Positions 48,319-57,745 of a stretch of 64,000 bases of DNA are shown here, piece by piece (the stretch's first letter is position 1; every line of letters starts with the position of its first letter). Source of the stretch: an uncultured Bacilli bacterium. GTDB lineage: Bacteria > Bacillota_I > Bacilli_A > RF39 > UBA660. The position numbers were made by a program, and so were the translations under genes. Under the pieces are notes generated by a model. The model was not told the origin of the DNA. It did not search any database and was given only the letters and a program-made list of their open reading frames with translations. The stretch covers positions 1,282-65,281 of the forward strand of contig CAOLUI010000002.1 of assembly GCA_948479395.1 (NCBI GenBank), read 5' to 3'.

Positions 48319-49158
48319 ATGGTAAAGGAAACTGAAAATTTAATTGAAATTTATAAATTATCTGATGAAGAACATAAAAAAGTTTTAGAATGTCTTAAAA
48401 ATAATTTATTTATTGGTAAGGTATCAGGAAAAACTCCATCAATAGTATTTGTTATAGGTCAGCCAGGTAGTGGTAAAACTACTTTTATAGAAAATTCCGA
48501 TTTATCTAATTATTTAATTATTAATTCTGATGAGTATCGTTATCTTAGCAAATATTCTAAAGAAATTTTATCTAAATATCCAACTCAGTATGCAAAACTT
48601 ACAAATTATGATGCACACTTATGGGGTGATGAATTATTTGATTATGCAATACAAAATGGATATTCTGTTTTGAGAGAAAAGGCTCCAATTGATTTTAGTT
48701 TATTAGAACTAATTAAGACTATATCAAATAATTTCAAAGTTATAATAAATGTGGTTGTTGAAGGAAATTTGGAAAGTTTATTAAGAACCAGAGAAAGATA
48801 TGAAAAAGAAATACTAGAAAACAATAATGCAAAATTATCCAGTATTGAAGCTCATAATAATTGTTATAACTTATTACCAACCTTTATATCGATGTGTATA
48901 TCACTTGGTATAAAAGTTAATTATGTTGTAAAAGGAGATATAATTTTGGCTTTAAATAATCCTCTAGAGCTATTACAAAATATTAGAGCAGAGAGTAATG
49001 AAAAAGCTAGTCTTAATTATAAAGAGAGAATAGATAAAATTAAAGAATCTATGATAAATAGAAATGCACCTGAAGATCAGTTTAATGAACTTCAGAAAAT
49101 TGAAGATATATATATTCAGGTAAATGGTGTTAATAACAATAAAATATCTAAAAAATAA
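48319..49158 (+). CDS. P-loop kinase, zeta-toxin/AAA_33-like
   Basis: Walker A VIGQPGSGKTTF near the N-terminus, as in zeta-toxin-type kinases. Confidence 0.5.
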   Translation: MVKETENLIEIYKLSDEEHKKVLECLKNNLFIGKVSGKTPSIVFVIGQPGSGKTTFIENSDLSNYLIINSDEYRYLSKYSKEILSKYPTQYAKLTNYDAHLWGDELFDYAIQNGYSVLREKAPIDFSLLELIKTISNNFKVIINVVVEGNLESLLRTRERYEKEILENNNAKLSSIEAHNNCYNLLPTFISMCISLGIKVNYVVKGDIILALNNPLELLQNIRAESNEKASLNYKERIDKIKESMINRNAPEDQFNELQKIEDIYIQVNGVNNNKISKK

Positions 49159-50112
49159 TATAATGAAAGCGAGTGAAATTATGAGAAAAGCATATTCTGT
49201 AATTACAAATTTTAGTGATGAAGCAATTAGAATATTAAAAGATAATAATATTGATTTGACAATAAGAAATTCTGAAGTTGTTCCTAATTCCGAAGAATTA
49301 ATTACTTTACTTCAAGAATATGACATTATAATAATTGGAGTAAAAACTATTGTTAAAAAAGAAATTCTTGAACATATAGATTCTCATAAAGTAATAGCAA
49401 CTTTATCTATTGGATTAGATCATATAGATAATGAGGTAAAAAAATCTAATTTAGTTACAGTTTTAAATATAAAGGATGCTAATACAGTTTCTGTAGCAGA
49501 GCATATTTTCTCCTTTATCCTTTCGCTTAATAAAAGAATAACAGAATCAAATGACTTGGTATTACAAAAGAAAGGACATAAAAAGAATTTGCATGAAAGA
49601 CCTGAAGATATAAGTGGTAAGAAATTAGTTTAATAGGTGCAGGAAATATCACAAAAGAAGTTATAAAAATAGCTAAAATATTTAATATGGAAATATCTTG
49701 TTTTACTAGAACTCTTCATAAACACAACGATTTATTAAATTTAGGAATTAATTTTAAAACCTTAGATGAAATATTAAAAGAAAGTGATATTATTAATGTA
49801 AGTATTCCTTTAACAGATGAAACTAGAAATTTAATATCTAAAGATAAGATTGATTTAATAAAATCAACAGCAACATTTATTAATACTTCTAGAACTGATA
49901 TAGTAGATACAAAAGCATTAATAGAAAAGGCAGATGAATATAATACTTTCTATGTAGGACTTGATATAGATTTAGGTGGGTATGAAGAAATATTTTCTAA
50001 ATTTAGAAATAATGTGATTGTAACTCCTCATATAGCGGGTGTATCAAAACAAGCTATAACAAGAATGGATAATGAACTTGCAAACAAGATTGTAAAAATA
50101 GTTAGGAGATGA
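49124..50112 (+). pseudogene. D-isomer-specific 2-hydroxyacid dehydrogenase, disrupted by a -1 frameshift
   Basis: ORFs 49124..49633 and 49687..50112 are the N- and C-halves of one dehydrogenase. The GxGxxG NAD motif is split: ...GKKLV* then IGAGNITKEV in the next frame. Restoring one G near 49629 gives GKKLGLIGAGNI. Confidence 0.6.
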
Positions 50113-50116
50113 TGGT

Positions 50117-51235
50117 ATGAATCTAAATGAAATAAATCAAAGAATTAGTGATAGATTAGATTGCTTTTATTGGCAGACGGATAGAAAAATAAGTGCTAAA
50201 AAAGCAGCCATGATATGGAAAGATAGACATTCTGCTATAACTAATGAAGAATTGTTAGATATGATTAATGCAGAATTAAAAGAAGATAAATTAGCATACA
50301 TCAAACCATTTGATGAAAATGCCCAAACAAGTTTAGGAAATGTAAATTCAGTAAGAGTTGGAGTTTTAGAAAGTGGAAAAGAGGTAATAATAAGATGTCA
50401 TCCAAAAGGTATAAGAAATGGTTATTTCTATGCTGAAAGTTTAGCCTCTCAAATTGCATTAAAAAATGGACTTCCTGCTTATAAAACTTATTATATTCAC
50501 GAATTAGAAAATGAAAGTGATATCTCTTATCAAGTTATAGAGAAATTAGAGGGGGATACAGTTCAATTTAGTTTAAAAGAACATCCTGAAAATGAAGAAC
50601 AACTTGTTATTGAAATGGGAAAAACTATGGCAAGACTTCATAAAATAAGAGTTAATGGATTTGGTCCTTTTGATAATGAACAAGCTAAGAATGGTAATTT
50701 AAAAGGGTTACATAAATCACTAAAAGATTCAATAAATGCAGGATTAGAAGAAAATCTTGAAAGATTAGTTACATACAATATTTTAACCAAAGAAGTAGCA
50801 GATAAAATGAAAAAACTATTTGATGATAACGAATTACTTAACTCAGATACATCAGTTTTAATTCATAATGATTTTGCTGATTGGAATTTATTAACTGATG
50901 GTAATACTATAACAGGTATTATAGATTGGGATGAATGTGTTGCAGGAAATCCTATTCAAGAAATAGCTTGTTGGTCAACATTCTTTGATCCAGAAAGAAT
51001 CAAACCATTTTTAAAAGGATATTTTAGTGAAACAGCAGTATATGATAATTTTGATGAGATGTTTCAATTAATGAGATTAAGATATACCATTTCAAAAATG
51101 GCTTTAAGAATCAAAAGATACACATATGAGCAAACACCATTTTTAAAAAGTATGATTGAAAAGGGAGAAAAACATTTAGAAGAGTTATCAGAAATATTTA
51201 ATCTTAATGAAAATATTAATATTCAGAATAAATAA
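50117..51235 (+). CDS. Phosphotransferase enzyme family (APH/choline-kinase-like) protein
   Basis: Catalytic loop HNDFADWNLL and metal-binding IDWDE, typical of APH-fold kinases. Confidence 0.65.
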   Translation: MNLNEINQRISDRLDCFYWQTDRKISAKKAAMIWKDRHSAITNEELLDMINAELKEDKLAYIKPFDENAQTSLGNVNSVRVGVLESGKEVIIRCHPKGIRNGYFYAESLASQIALKNGLPAYKTYYIHELENESDISYQVIEKLEGDTVQFSLKEHPENEEQLVIEMGKTMARLHKIRVNGFGPFDNEQAKNGNLKGLHKSLKDSINAGLEENLERLVTYNILTKEVADKMKKLFDDNELLNSDTSVLIHNDFADWNLLTDGNTITGIIDWDECVAGNPIQEIACWSTFFDPERIKPFLKGYFSETAVYDNFDEMFQLMRLRYTISKMALRIKRYTYEQTPFLKSMIEKGEKHLEELSEIFNLNENINIQNK

Positions 51236-51247
51236 AGGAGGAAAATT

Positions 51248-51613
51248 ATGAATAAGGAAAAATATGAAAGTTGGACAAAAGAATTTATGGAATCTTGGAA
51301 AGAATTGGATTGGGAAAGAACTTTAAATACATTAGATAAAAATGTTGAATATTATGAAAATCCAATCGATAAACCATGTAGTAATTTTGAAGAAGTAACA
51401 AACTTATGGAATGTCGTTGCTGATAATCAAAAAGATATAGATTATAAGTTTGAAATTGTTGCTTTTAATGAAAATACTTGTATTATTAATTGGCAAATGA
51501 CTAGAGTAATGACAAAAATAAATGAAAAACAAGAAATTGATGGTATATTTCAAATCTCATTAAATAATGAGGGTAAATGTACATATTTTAAACAATGGAG
51601 ATTTACAAGATAA
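51248..51613 (+). CDS. NTF2/SnoaL-like small protein
   Basis: 121 aa with an alpha+beta barrel-like pattern; weak assignment. Confidence 0.3.
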   Translation: MNKEKYESWTKEFMESWKELDWERTLNTLDKNVEYYENPIDKPCSNFEEVTNLWNVVADNQKDIDYKFEIVAFNENTCIINWQMTRVMTKINEKQEIDGIFQISLNNEGKCTYFKQWRFTR

Positions 51614-51772
51614 TTAGTTAATTAAAAATTAAAATTTTAGGTAATAATTAGGTATTAAAATTCTAGATTTTTATTAAAATTTTCTAATTATTATTAATTA
51701 AAAATAAGCAAAATTAAACTAAAAATAAGGGAAAAGTGAAAAATTGTTTCAAAAAGAACTGAAAAAATTTCG

Positions 51773-51810
51773 CCCCCTGAAGAGTCAGCGAAAGCTGGCT
51801 CACTTTTATT
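51773..51810 (+). repeat. Partial copy of the sRNA 3' end / att-like motif
   Basis: cgCCCCCTGAAGAGtcagcgaaagctggctcacttttatt. Confidence 0.5.
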
Positions 51811-51899
51811 ATTATAAAATCTTAATATGGTAAAATCCTAAGAAAAATTTACTAGATATGTTATAATTATTTTAGAATGAATGAAGAAGTTAAGATAGT

Positions 51900-52040
51900 T
51901 GGCAAGAATCATTAAATAATAAATCTTTAAACGATCTTGAAAAAGGAAAATTGACCAAAAAGGACAATATGAGAAATCAGCAAATTTTGACTGATGTCAA
52001 GCCGCTTTTATATATGGATCATTAGGATGTAAAAAATGTA
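51900..52040 (+). pseudogene. Remnant of an XRE-family regulator gene (third, decayed module)
   Basis: Translates to ESLNNKSLNDLEKGKLTKKD..., homologous to the SLNDLENGK segment of 36864..37388. It lacks the N-terminal helix and a start codon. Confidence 0.45.
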
Positions 52041-52139
52041 TGAAACTTAGTCGAGAATAGGATGGCAAATTAAGCAATATAACAAAAGAAAAGTTTACAT
52101 AAATGTAAAAAGTTTGATTAGTATATAGGAAGTAAAAAT

Positions 52140-52650
52140 ATGATAATACAAATAGATATAGATAACACACTTACAGATATTGAAGATGATTTAATGAATG
52201 CGGCATTTGATTATGCAAAAAGTTTAAATAAAACTATAAATACTAATCGTTTAGAATCAATGGATGATAACAATGATGGAAATAAATATCAAAAAATATT
52301 TGCTTTTAATTATGAAGAACTTAAATATTTTTTAAAAGAGATATAAGAAAGAATTACTGATAAAGATAAACCAAGATACTTAGCTTCAGAAATAATAGAA
52401 TTACTTCATTTAGAAGGGAAAAAAATAATTATATTACAACAAGATATTTAGAATTTCATGATAATCCATATAAACAAAGTGAAATGTGGTTAAAAAAGAA
52501 CAATATTTATTATGATAAATTAATTGTTAATGTTAGAAAAAAAGGTGAAATTTGTAAACAGGAAAAAATAGATTTATTTATAGATGATAATATTAGTAAT
52601 TGTTTAGATGTAACAAAATATGGAATAAAAACAATTATCTTAAATAAGTA
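52140..52650 (+). pseudogene. 5'(3')-deoxyribonucleotidase (NT5C-like HAD) gene, frameshifted
   Basis: The N-terminal HAD motif IQIDIDNTLTD is in ORF 52140..52346. The C-terminal half (EMWLKKNNIYYDKLI...IDLFIDDN) is readable only in another frame at about 52430-52650. Confidence 0.5.
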
Positions 52651-53277
52651 AAAAATAAAAGATAATATGATAGTATCATTCGATAATTGGAAAGATATTT
52701 ATGATTATATAAAAAATGAAGGTGAATAAAATATGATTATGTTTTAAAATTAGGGTTTGATAAGAAATAGAAAATTATATTCAAAATATTAAAAATACTT
52801 CATAAGAAAATAATATATCAGATAAAGAAAAAATTGGAGACTAATATCACTATTTATATATTTGTGAAGTAGAAGACAAAAGTCCAGTGAAAGGACTATT
52901 AAAAAAAAATAGATAGTAAATTAAAAAAATAATAAGTTAAATATGACAAAGAAAATTTGGAAATATTTCCTTAAACTAAGCGTTATGATTGTCACTTATA
53001 AAATTGATTAGTCGCGACAAATCAATTTGAAAGAAATAGTCGTGTATGAAGAAATTACTGAAAATTTAGAAGAGCAATTAGCAGATAAAGAACTATTAGA
53101 AATAAAAAAGCATATTGTTCATCTTAGGTTTTTTTTAGGACTATACGTATCGATAAAAAATAAATGTAAATTTTGATGAAATTAAATTAAAGATTCTTAT
53201 TTTTATGTAACTATTATAACAATTTTTAAAACTTTAAAATTATATTTTTAATCAAATAAACAAATTAAAATTTAATA

Positions 53278-53318
53278 CCACCTGAAGAGTCAACAAAATC
53301 TAGCTCATTTTTTTTTGA
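53278..53318 (+). repeat. Divergent copy of the sRNA 3' end / att-like motif (possible attR)
   Basis: taCCACCTGAAGAGtcaacaaaatctagctca followed by T9. Confidence 0.45.
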
Positions 53319-53424
53319 AGCTTATATAATGATAATTTCAAATTAAAGTTATATAATAAAATGATTTTTAATTATCAATTGATATTCAAAAGAAAATACG
53401 TTATATTAGCAATGGTGATAGACT

Positions 53425-53730
53425 GTGGAAATAACAGATATATTAAAGCTAACAAAAATATCCATGAATTATGGAACATATGATATGGTTCCCACAGTTA
53501 AAAATCGTGTGTCAAAGCGGAAGTATGGGTTATCACAATTTGATATTGAAGATTATATAGCGAGTTTAGAAGAAGAAAATTTGTATAAGGGCCCTGAACC
53601 AGATAGGAATTGCCCAGGAGAGGAACTATTTATTTTTAAAAAAGAGATAGTAGCCAATGTTATTTTTTATACTAAATTAAAATATAAGAATAATCAGATA
53701 AAGATATTGTCTTGTCATGAAGATGAATAA
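53425..53730 (+). CDS. MqsR-family toxin-like protein (mRNA interferase)
   Basis: 101 aa. The central block KYGLSQFDIEDYIASLEEENLYKG aligns with MqsR ELGLDFDGMCNVIIGLSESDFYKS, and the C-terminal KILSCHEDE aligns with LIVSFKEK. Confidence 0.5.
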   Translation: MEITDILKLTKISMNYGTYDMVPTVKNRVSKRKYGLSQFDIEDYIASLEEENLYKGPEPDRNCPGEELFIFKKEIVANVIFYTKLKYKNNQIKILSCHEDE

Positions 53731-53744
53731 TTAGGAGTTATATA

Positions 53745-54701
53745 ATGGAGAATAGAGAAAATTTAAGAGTTAGAAAAATAAAAACCAAAGTAAAAGAAAA
53801 GGAAATTGAATTTGAAGAATATTATGTGATTGATCCATATACAAAAGAAGAAATATTTGATAGAAATATTGAATTAGAAAATGATTTAAGATTATATGAT
53901 ATTTATAAAAAACAAGTTAATTTATTAACTTCTGAAGAAATTAAAGCAATAAGAAAAAAATATGAAATGAATCAAAAAGAATTTGCTTTAGCAATTGGTC
54001 TTGGAGAAATAACAATTCATCAATTTGAAAATGGTTCTATTCAAACTGACTTTGTAGATTCGATTATAAGATTAAGTGAGGATCCTGATATAATGTATAA
54101 TTTTTTAAATAAAAATCAATATAATTTTTCGGAAGAAGAATATTTAAAATTTTTGAATAAGGTTTATTTACTCAAAAATTTAAAAGAACATAAAATTGCT
54201 CATTTTAATTTAAATGAAGTAGGTAATTTAGATTTTAGAACAGAAGATGTTTTATCTGTGGCGAATCAATTAATAGTTAAATATAATAATAGAGTTGATC
54301 AATTGAGCGAAAAATATGATATTGAAGATGTGTGCAGTGTAGCTGAATATATAACCCCTTTAAAACTTCAAAAATTATTATATTATATTCAAGGGCTATC
54401 AGCAAGGGTGTATGGTAAGCCAGCATTTAATAATCATATTTATGCTTGGTCATATGGTCCTGTTATTAGTGATGTATATCATGTGTATAAAGGAAGAAAT
54501 TTAATAACAACACCTAATGATAATATTAAAATAAGTGAAGGTTTGAATAAAATTATAGATATTGTTATTTCAAGTTATGGTCAAATAGAAGCAGAAAAAT
54601 TAATTGATTTAACTCATCAAGAAGAGCCATGGATTAATACACCAAAAGATCATATTATAGATTTCGATTTAATTAAAAAATATTTTGAACAAGTTTATTA
54701 A
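53745..54701 (+). CDS. Antitoxin-like protein: MqsA-type HTH fused to a Panacea (DUF4065) domain
   Basis: HTH segment LTSEEIKAIRKKYEMNQKEFALAIGLGEITIHQFENG. The C-terminal block QKLLYYIQGLSARVYGKPAFNNHIYAWSYGPVISDVY is the Panacea/DUF4065 signature. Confidence 0.65.
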   Translation: MENRENLRVRKIKTKVKEKEIEFEEYYVIDPYTKEEIFDRNIELENDLRLYDIYKKQVNLLTSEEIKAIRKKYEMNQKEFALAIGLGEITIHQFENGSIQTDFVDSIIRLSEDPDIMYNFLNKNQYNFSEEEYLKFLNKVYLLKNLKEHKIAHFNLNEVGNLDFRTEDVLSVANQLIVKYNNRVDQLSEKYDIEDVCSVAEYITPLKLQKLLYYIQGLSARVYGKPAFNNHIYAWSYGPVISDVYHVYKGRNLITTPNDNIKISEGLNKIIDIVISSYGQIEAEKLIDLTHQEEPWINTPKDHIIDFDLIKKYFEQVY

Positions 54702-54800
54702 AAATTAAAATAAAAAAAATATAAGCTTATATTTAATTGAGTTTATTTTTAAGATAGTTTAGATTTTTTTTAATTATTAATTATAATATTATGAAAAAAA

Positions 54801-55502
54801 TTAGATATGATTTTTAAATATATTTAATTTTTCTTTTTTATTTAAAGTTGCAAGTAATACACCATTTTGGAAATTAATTTTTTTCTTTTTTAGTTCATTT
54901 TGTAGCCATTTTTCATCTTTGTGGAATTTTTTTAAGTTTTCTGATTTGATTTTGCCATCAATTATTATTTCATTACAAAAAGTTTGCTTAGTGTCTTTTT
55001 TTAATTCGGTTTTAAAATCAATTGGAGTACTTGTTTGATATTCTTCTTTAGGCAAAAAACTTATTTTCCCACTGGTTTCTAAAATGGCATAATTTAAAAC
55101 ATTTAAATCATAATATCCATTAAGTCTTGCTTGTTCAATAAATTTGTATATAGGTATTTTTGTTTTTTGTAAATTTTTAAAATTAAATTCCCCGTTTTCC
55201 ATTAAAATTGTAGGTTTACCATTTAATAAGTTATTGATTTCTTCATTTTTAATGGACAAATAAGATAGAATAAAACCAGTAAGGCCAAATATTAAAATTG
55301 CTGTAATGCCATATAAAAAGTTTTCTTCTAAAGTTAAAATAATATCTGCAGCAATACTTCCGATAGTTATACCTATTATGTAATCATATATTGTAAATTG
55401 AGAAATATGTTTTTTTCCAAGTAATTTAGTGGTTAATAATAAGGTTAAAATTGCCAAGATAGAGCGCATGCCTATTCTACTAATTTCATTTAAATTAATC
55501 AA
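54801..55502 (-). CDS. DUF421/YetF-family membrane protein
   Basis: N-terminal TM pair, then the DUF421 core and a C-terminal soluble domain; 233 aa. Confidence 0.65.
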   Translation of the reverse strand: MINLNEISRIGMRSILAILTLLLTTKLLGKKHISQFTIYDYIIGITIGSIAADIILTLEENFLYGITAILIFGLTGFILSYLSIKNEEINNLLNGKPTILMENGEFNFKNLQKTKIPIYKFIEQARLNGYYDLNVLNYAILETSGKISFLPKEEYQTSTPIDFKTELKKDTKQTFCNEIIIDGKIKSENLKKFHKDEKWLQNELKKKKINFQNGVLLATLNKKEKLNIFKNHI

Positions 55503-55673
55503 TTTATATCACCATTAATTAGTATGGAAAGATATTTTAAAAGTTATTCTTTAAGCGATTATATTATAAAAATGAAAAAGAACTATTTTATAGTTAAAAT
55601 AGTATTTAATAAATTAGATTTTGTAAATTTTTTTAATTTAGCCGAAAAAAAATATTACTTCGAAAAAAAATTG

Positions 55674-55682
55674 TGCTATAAT
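55674..55682 (+). promoter_or_regulatory. Extended -10 promoter (TGcTATAAT) for the MATE gene
   Basis: tgctataat lies about 30 nt upstream of an aggaga RBS. Confidence 0.4.
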
Positions 55683-55720
55683 GAGTGAGTTTTAAAATTA
55701 AAAATATTTTTTAGGAGATC

Positions 55721-57688
55721 ATTATACAAGAATTAAATTTAAGTAAAGAGAAAATTGGAAAATTAATTTTAACCTTTTCAATACCTTGTGTAATAAGTAT
55801 GTTAATTAATTCTATTTATAATATAGTTGATCAAATTTTTATTGGAAAAGGAGTAGGAACTCTTGGTAATGCGGCAACAAATATAATTTTTCCTTTAATA
55901 ATAATATTTAATGCCACAGCTGGTCTTATAGGAAATGGCGCTTCAGCTAATCTTTCTTTAAAATTGGGAGAAGGAAAAAAAGAGGAAGCTGGCAAAAATA
56001 TTGGGCAAGCTATCGTCTTAACATTTTTAATATCTATTGTCTTATGTTTATTAGCATACATATTTTTACCTCAATTAGTTTATTTATTTGGCTGTACGAA
56101 GAGTGTTTATCCTTATGCGCTTATGTATGGAAGAATTATTATAATTGGGGCGCCATTTATGATTATATATTCTGTTTTATCTAGTATTATTAGGGCAGAT
56201 GGTTCACCTAAATACTCGATGATGATGCTTGTTATAGGCGCTATTATTAATATTATTTTGGATCCTATTTTTATTTTTGTTTTTGATATGGGAGTAAAAG
56301 GTGGAGCTTTAGCAACAGTAATAGGACAAATTGTATCTTTTGTTATTGCTATTTTTTATCTTAAAAAGACGAAATCAGTTAATTTAAATAAAAAAGATTT
56401 TAAGTTAAATAAAAATATTTTCAGAATATTATCTTTAGGAATTTCTTCATTTATTACTCAGATAACAATTTTAGTTTTGTTTATATTTATGAATAATGTT
56501 ATGACAAAATATGGAGCTTTATCAAAATATGGAGCCGATATTCCATTATCTGTTTATGGTGTAATATCTAAGATTAATAGTTTATTTATTTCAACAGTTT
56601 TAGGGGTTTCTATTGGAGCTCAACCAATTATTGGATTTAATTATGGTGCAGGAAAAGAATTAAGAGTTAAGGAAACGTTAAGAAAAGTGTTAATAATAAA
56701 TTTTGGAGTGGGAGTATTTTTTAATGTATTATTTATTTTATTTCCTGAACAAATAGCTAATGTTTTTATTTCTAAAAGTGATCCAGCTTATAGATTATTT
56801 ATAGAATTTGCAGTTTTAATGTGTCGTTCTTTTTTGTTGGTTTGTTCTTTGAATGCTTTAGAAATGACAACTAGTATTACAATTCAATCTTTAGGTAAGG
56901 TAAAAAAATCAACAGTTGTGTCTTTTATTAGACAAATTTTACTTTTAATTCCCATTTCTTTATTTTTAGGAATTGTTTTAAATAAGGGTATATATGGTAT
57001 TTTATATGCAGGAGCTATAGCGGATATAATATGTTTTATTATTACAATATTTATATTTAGATCAGAATATATAAAATTAGGAAGAAATGAAATTAAAGAA
57101 GAAAAAAAGGAAACAAAAGTTTTAGAAGTAAATGAGAAAAATATTAATTTTTCAAAAGTTATTACTATTGCACGAGACTATGGTAGTGGTGGAAGATATG
57201 TGGCACAATTATTAGCTAAAGAATTAGGAATTCATTGTTATGATAAAGAAATAATAAGACTTACTGCTAAAGAGTCTGGTTTTACTAAGGATTTTGTGAC
57301 TCAATCAGAAGAAATTAAAAAAAATTATTATGTTATTGATGATAGAATGTTTATTGCTGAAACAAAGGTTATTAAAAATTTAGCAAAAAGTTCTTGTGTA
57401 ATTGTTGGAAGATGTGCTGATTATATATTAAAAGATAAAAAAAATGTAGTAAAAGTATTTTTGTATAGTGATGATAGTGATAAAGAAAAACGGGCAGTTA
57501 AATATTATAATTTAAATAAAAAGATAGCTAAGAAGAAAATTAATCAAATAAATAAAGAACGAGCTAAACATTATGAGTATTATACTAATAGGAAATGGAA
57601 AGACGTTAATAATTATGATATTATGTTGAATGTTGATAGTTATGGAGTAGAAAAAACAGCTAAAATAATTGCCAATATTTTAAGATAA
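55721..57688 (+). CDS. MATE-family efflux transporter fused to a C-terminal cytidylate kinase-like (Cytidylate_kin2) domain; non-ATG start
   Basis: About 12 TM helices. The frame stays open upstream of the first ATG (55799) to an ATT/ATA at 55721/55724, right after an aggaga RBS; the conserved MATE N-terminus ..LNLSKEKIGKLILTFSIP is encoded there. C-terminal domain ITIARDYGSGGRYVAQLLAKELGIHCYDKEII matches the Cytidylate_kin2 signature. Confidence 0.7.
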   Translation: MIQELNLSKEKIGKLILTFSIPCVISMLINSIYNIVDQIFIGKGVGTLGNAATNIIFPLIIIFNATAGLIGNGASANLSLKLGEGKKEEAGKNIGQAIVLTFLISIVLCLLAYIFLPQLVYLFGCTKSVYPYALMYGRIIIIGAPFMIIYSVLSSIIRADGSPKYSMMMLVIGAIINIILDPIFIFVFDMGVKGGALATVIGQIVSFVIAIFYLKKTKSVNLNKKDFKLNKNIFRILSLGISSFITQITILVLFIFMNNVMTKYGALSKYGADIPLSVYGVISKINSLFISTVLGVSIGAQPIIGFNYGAGKELRVKETLRKVLIINFGVGVFFNVLFILFPEQIANVFISKSDPAYRLFIEFAVLMCRSFLLVCSLNALEMTTSITIQSLGKVKKSTVVSFIRQILLLIPISLFLGIVLNKGIYGILYAGAIADIICFIITIFIFRSEYIKLGRNEIKEEKKETKVLEVNEKNINFSKVITIARDYGSGGRYVAQLLAKELGIHCYDKEIIRLTAKESGFTKDFVTQSEEIKKNYYVIDDRMFIAETKVIKNLAKSSCVIVGRCADYILKDKKNVVKVFLYSDDSDKEKRAVKYYNLNKKIAKKKINQINKERAKHYEYYTNRKWKDVNNYDIMLNVDSYGVEKTAKIIANILR

Positions 57689-57745
57689 ATTTATTTAATA
57701 TTTAATGAAAAAAATGCTATAATAAAAGATATTGGAAGGATTTTT

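Noticed and set aside
48642-48824. Minus-strand 60-aa ORF within the P-loop kinase gene
   Set aside because: Antisense and short.
55831-56061. Minus-strand 76-aa ORF inside the MATE gene
   Set aside because: Antisense to a TM-rich CDS.
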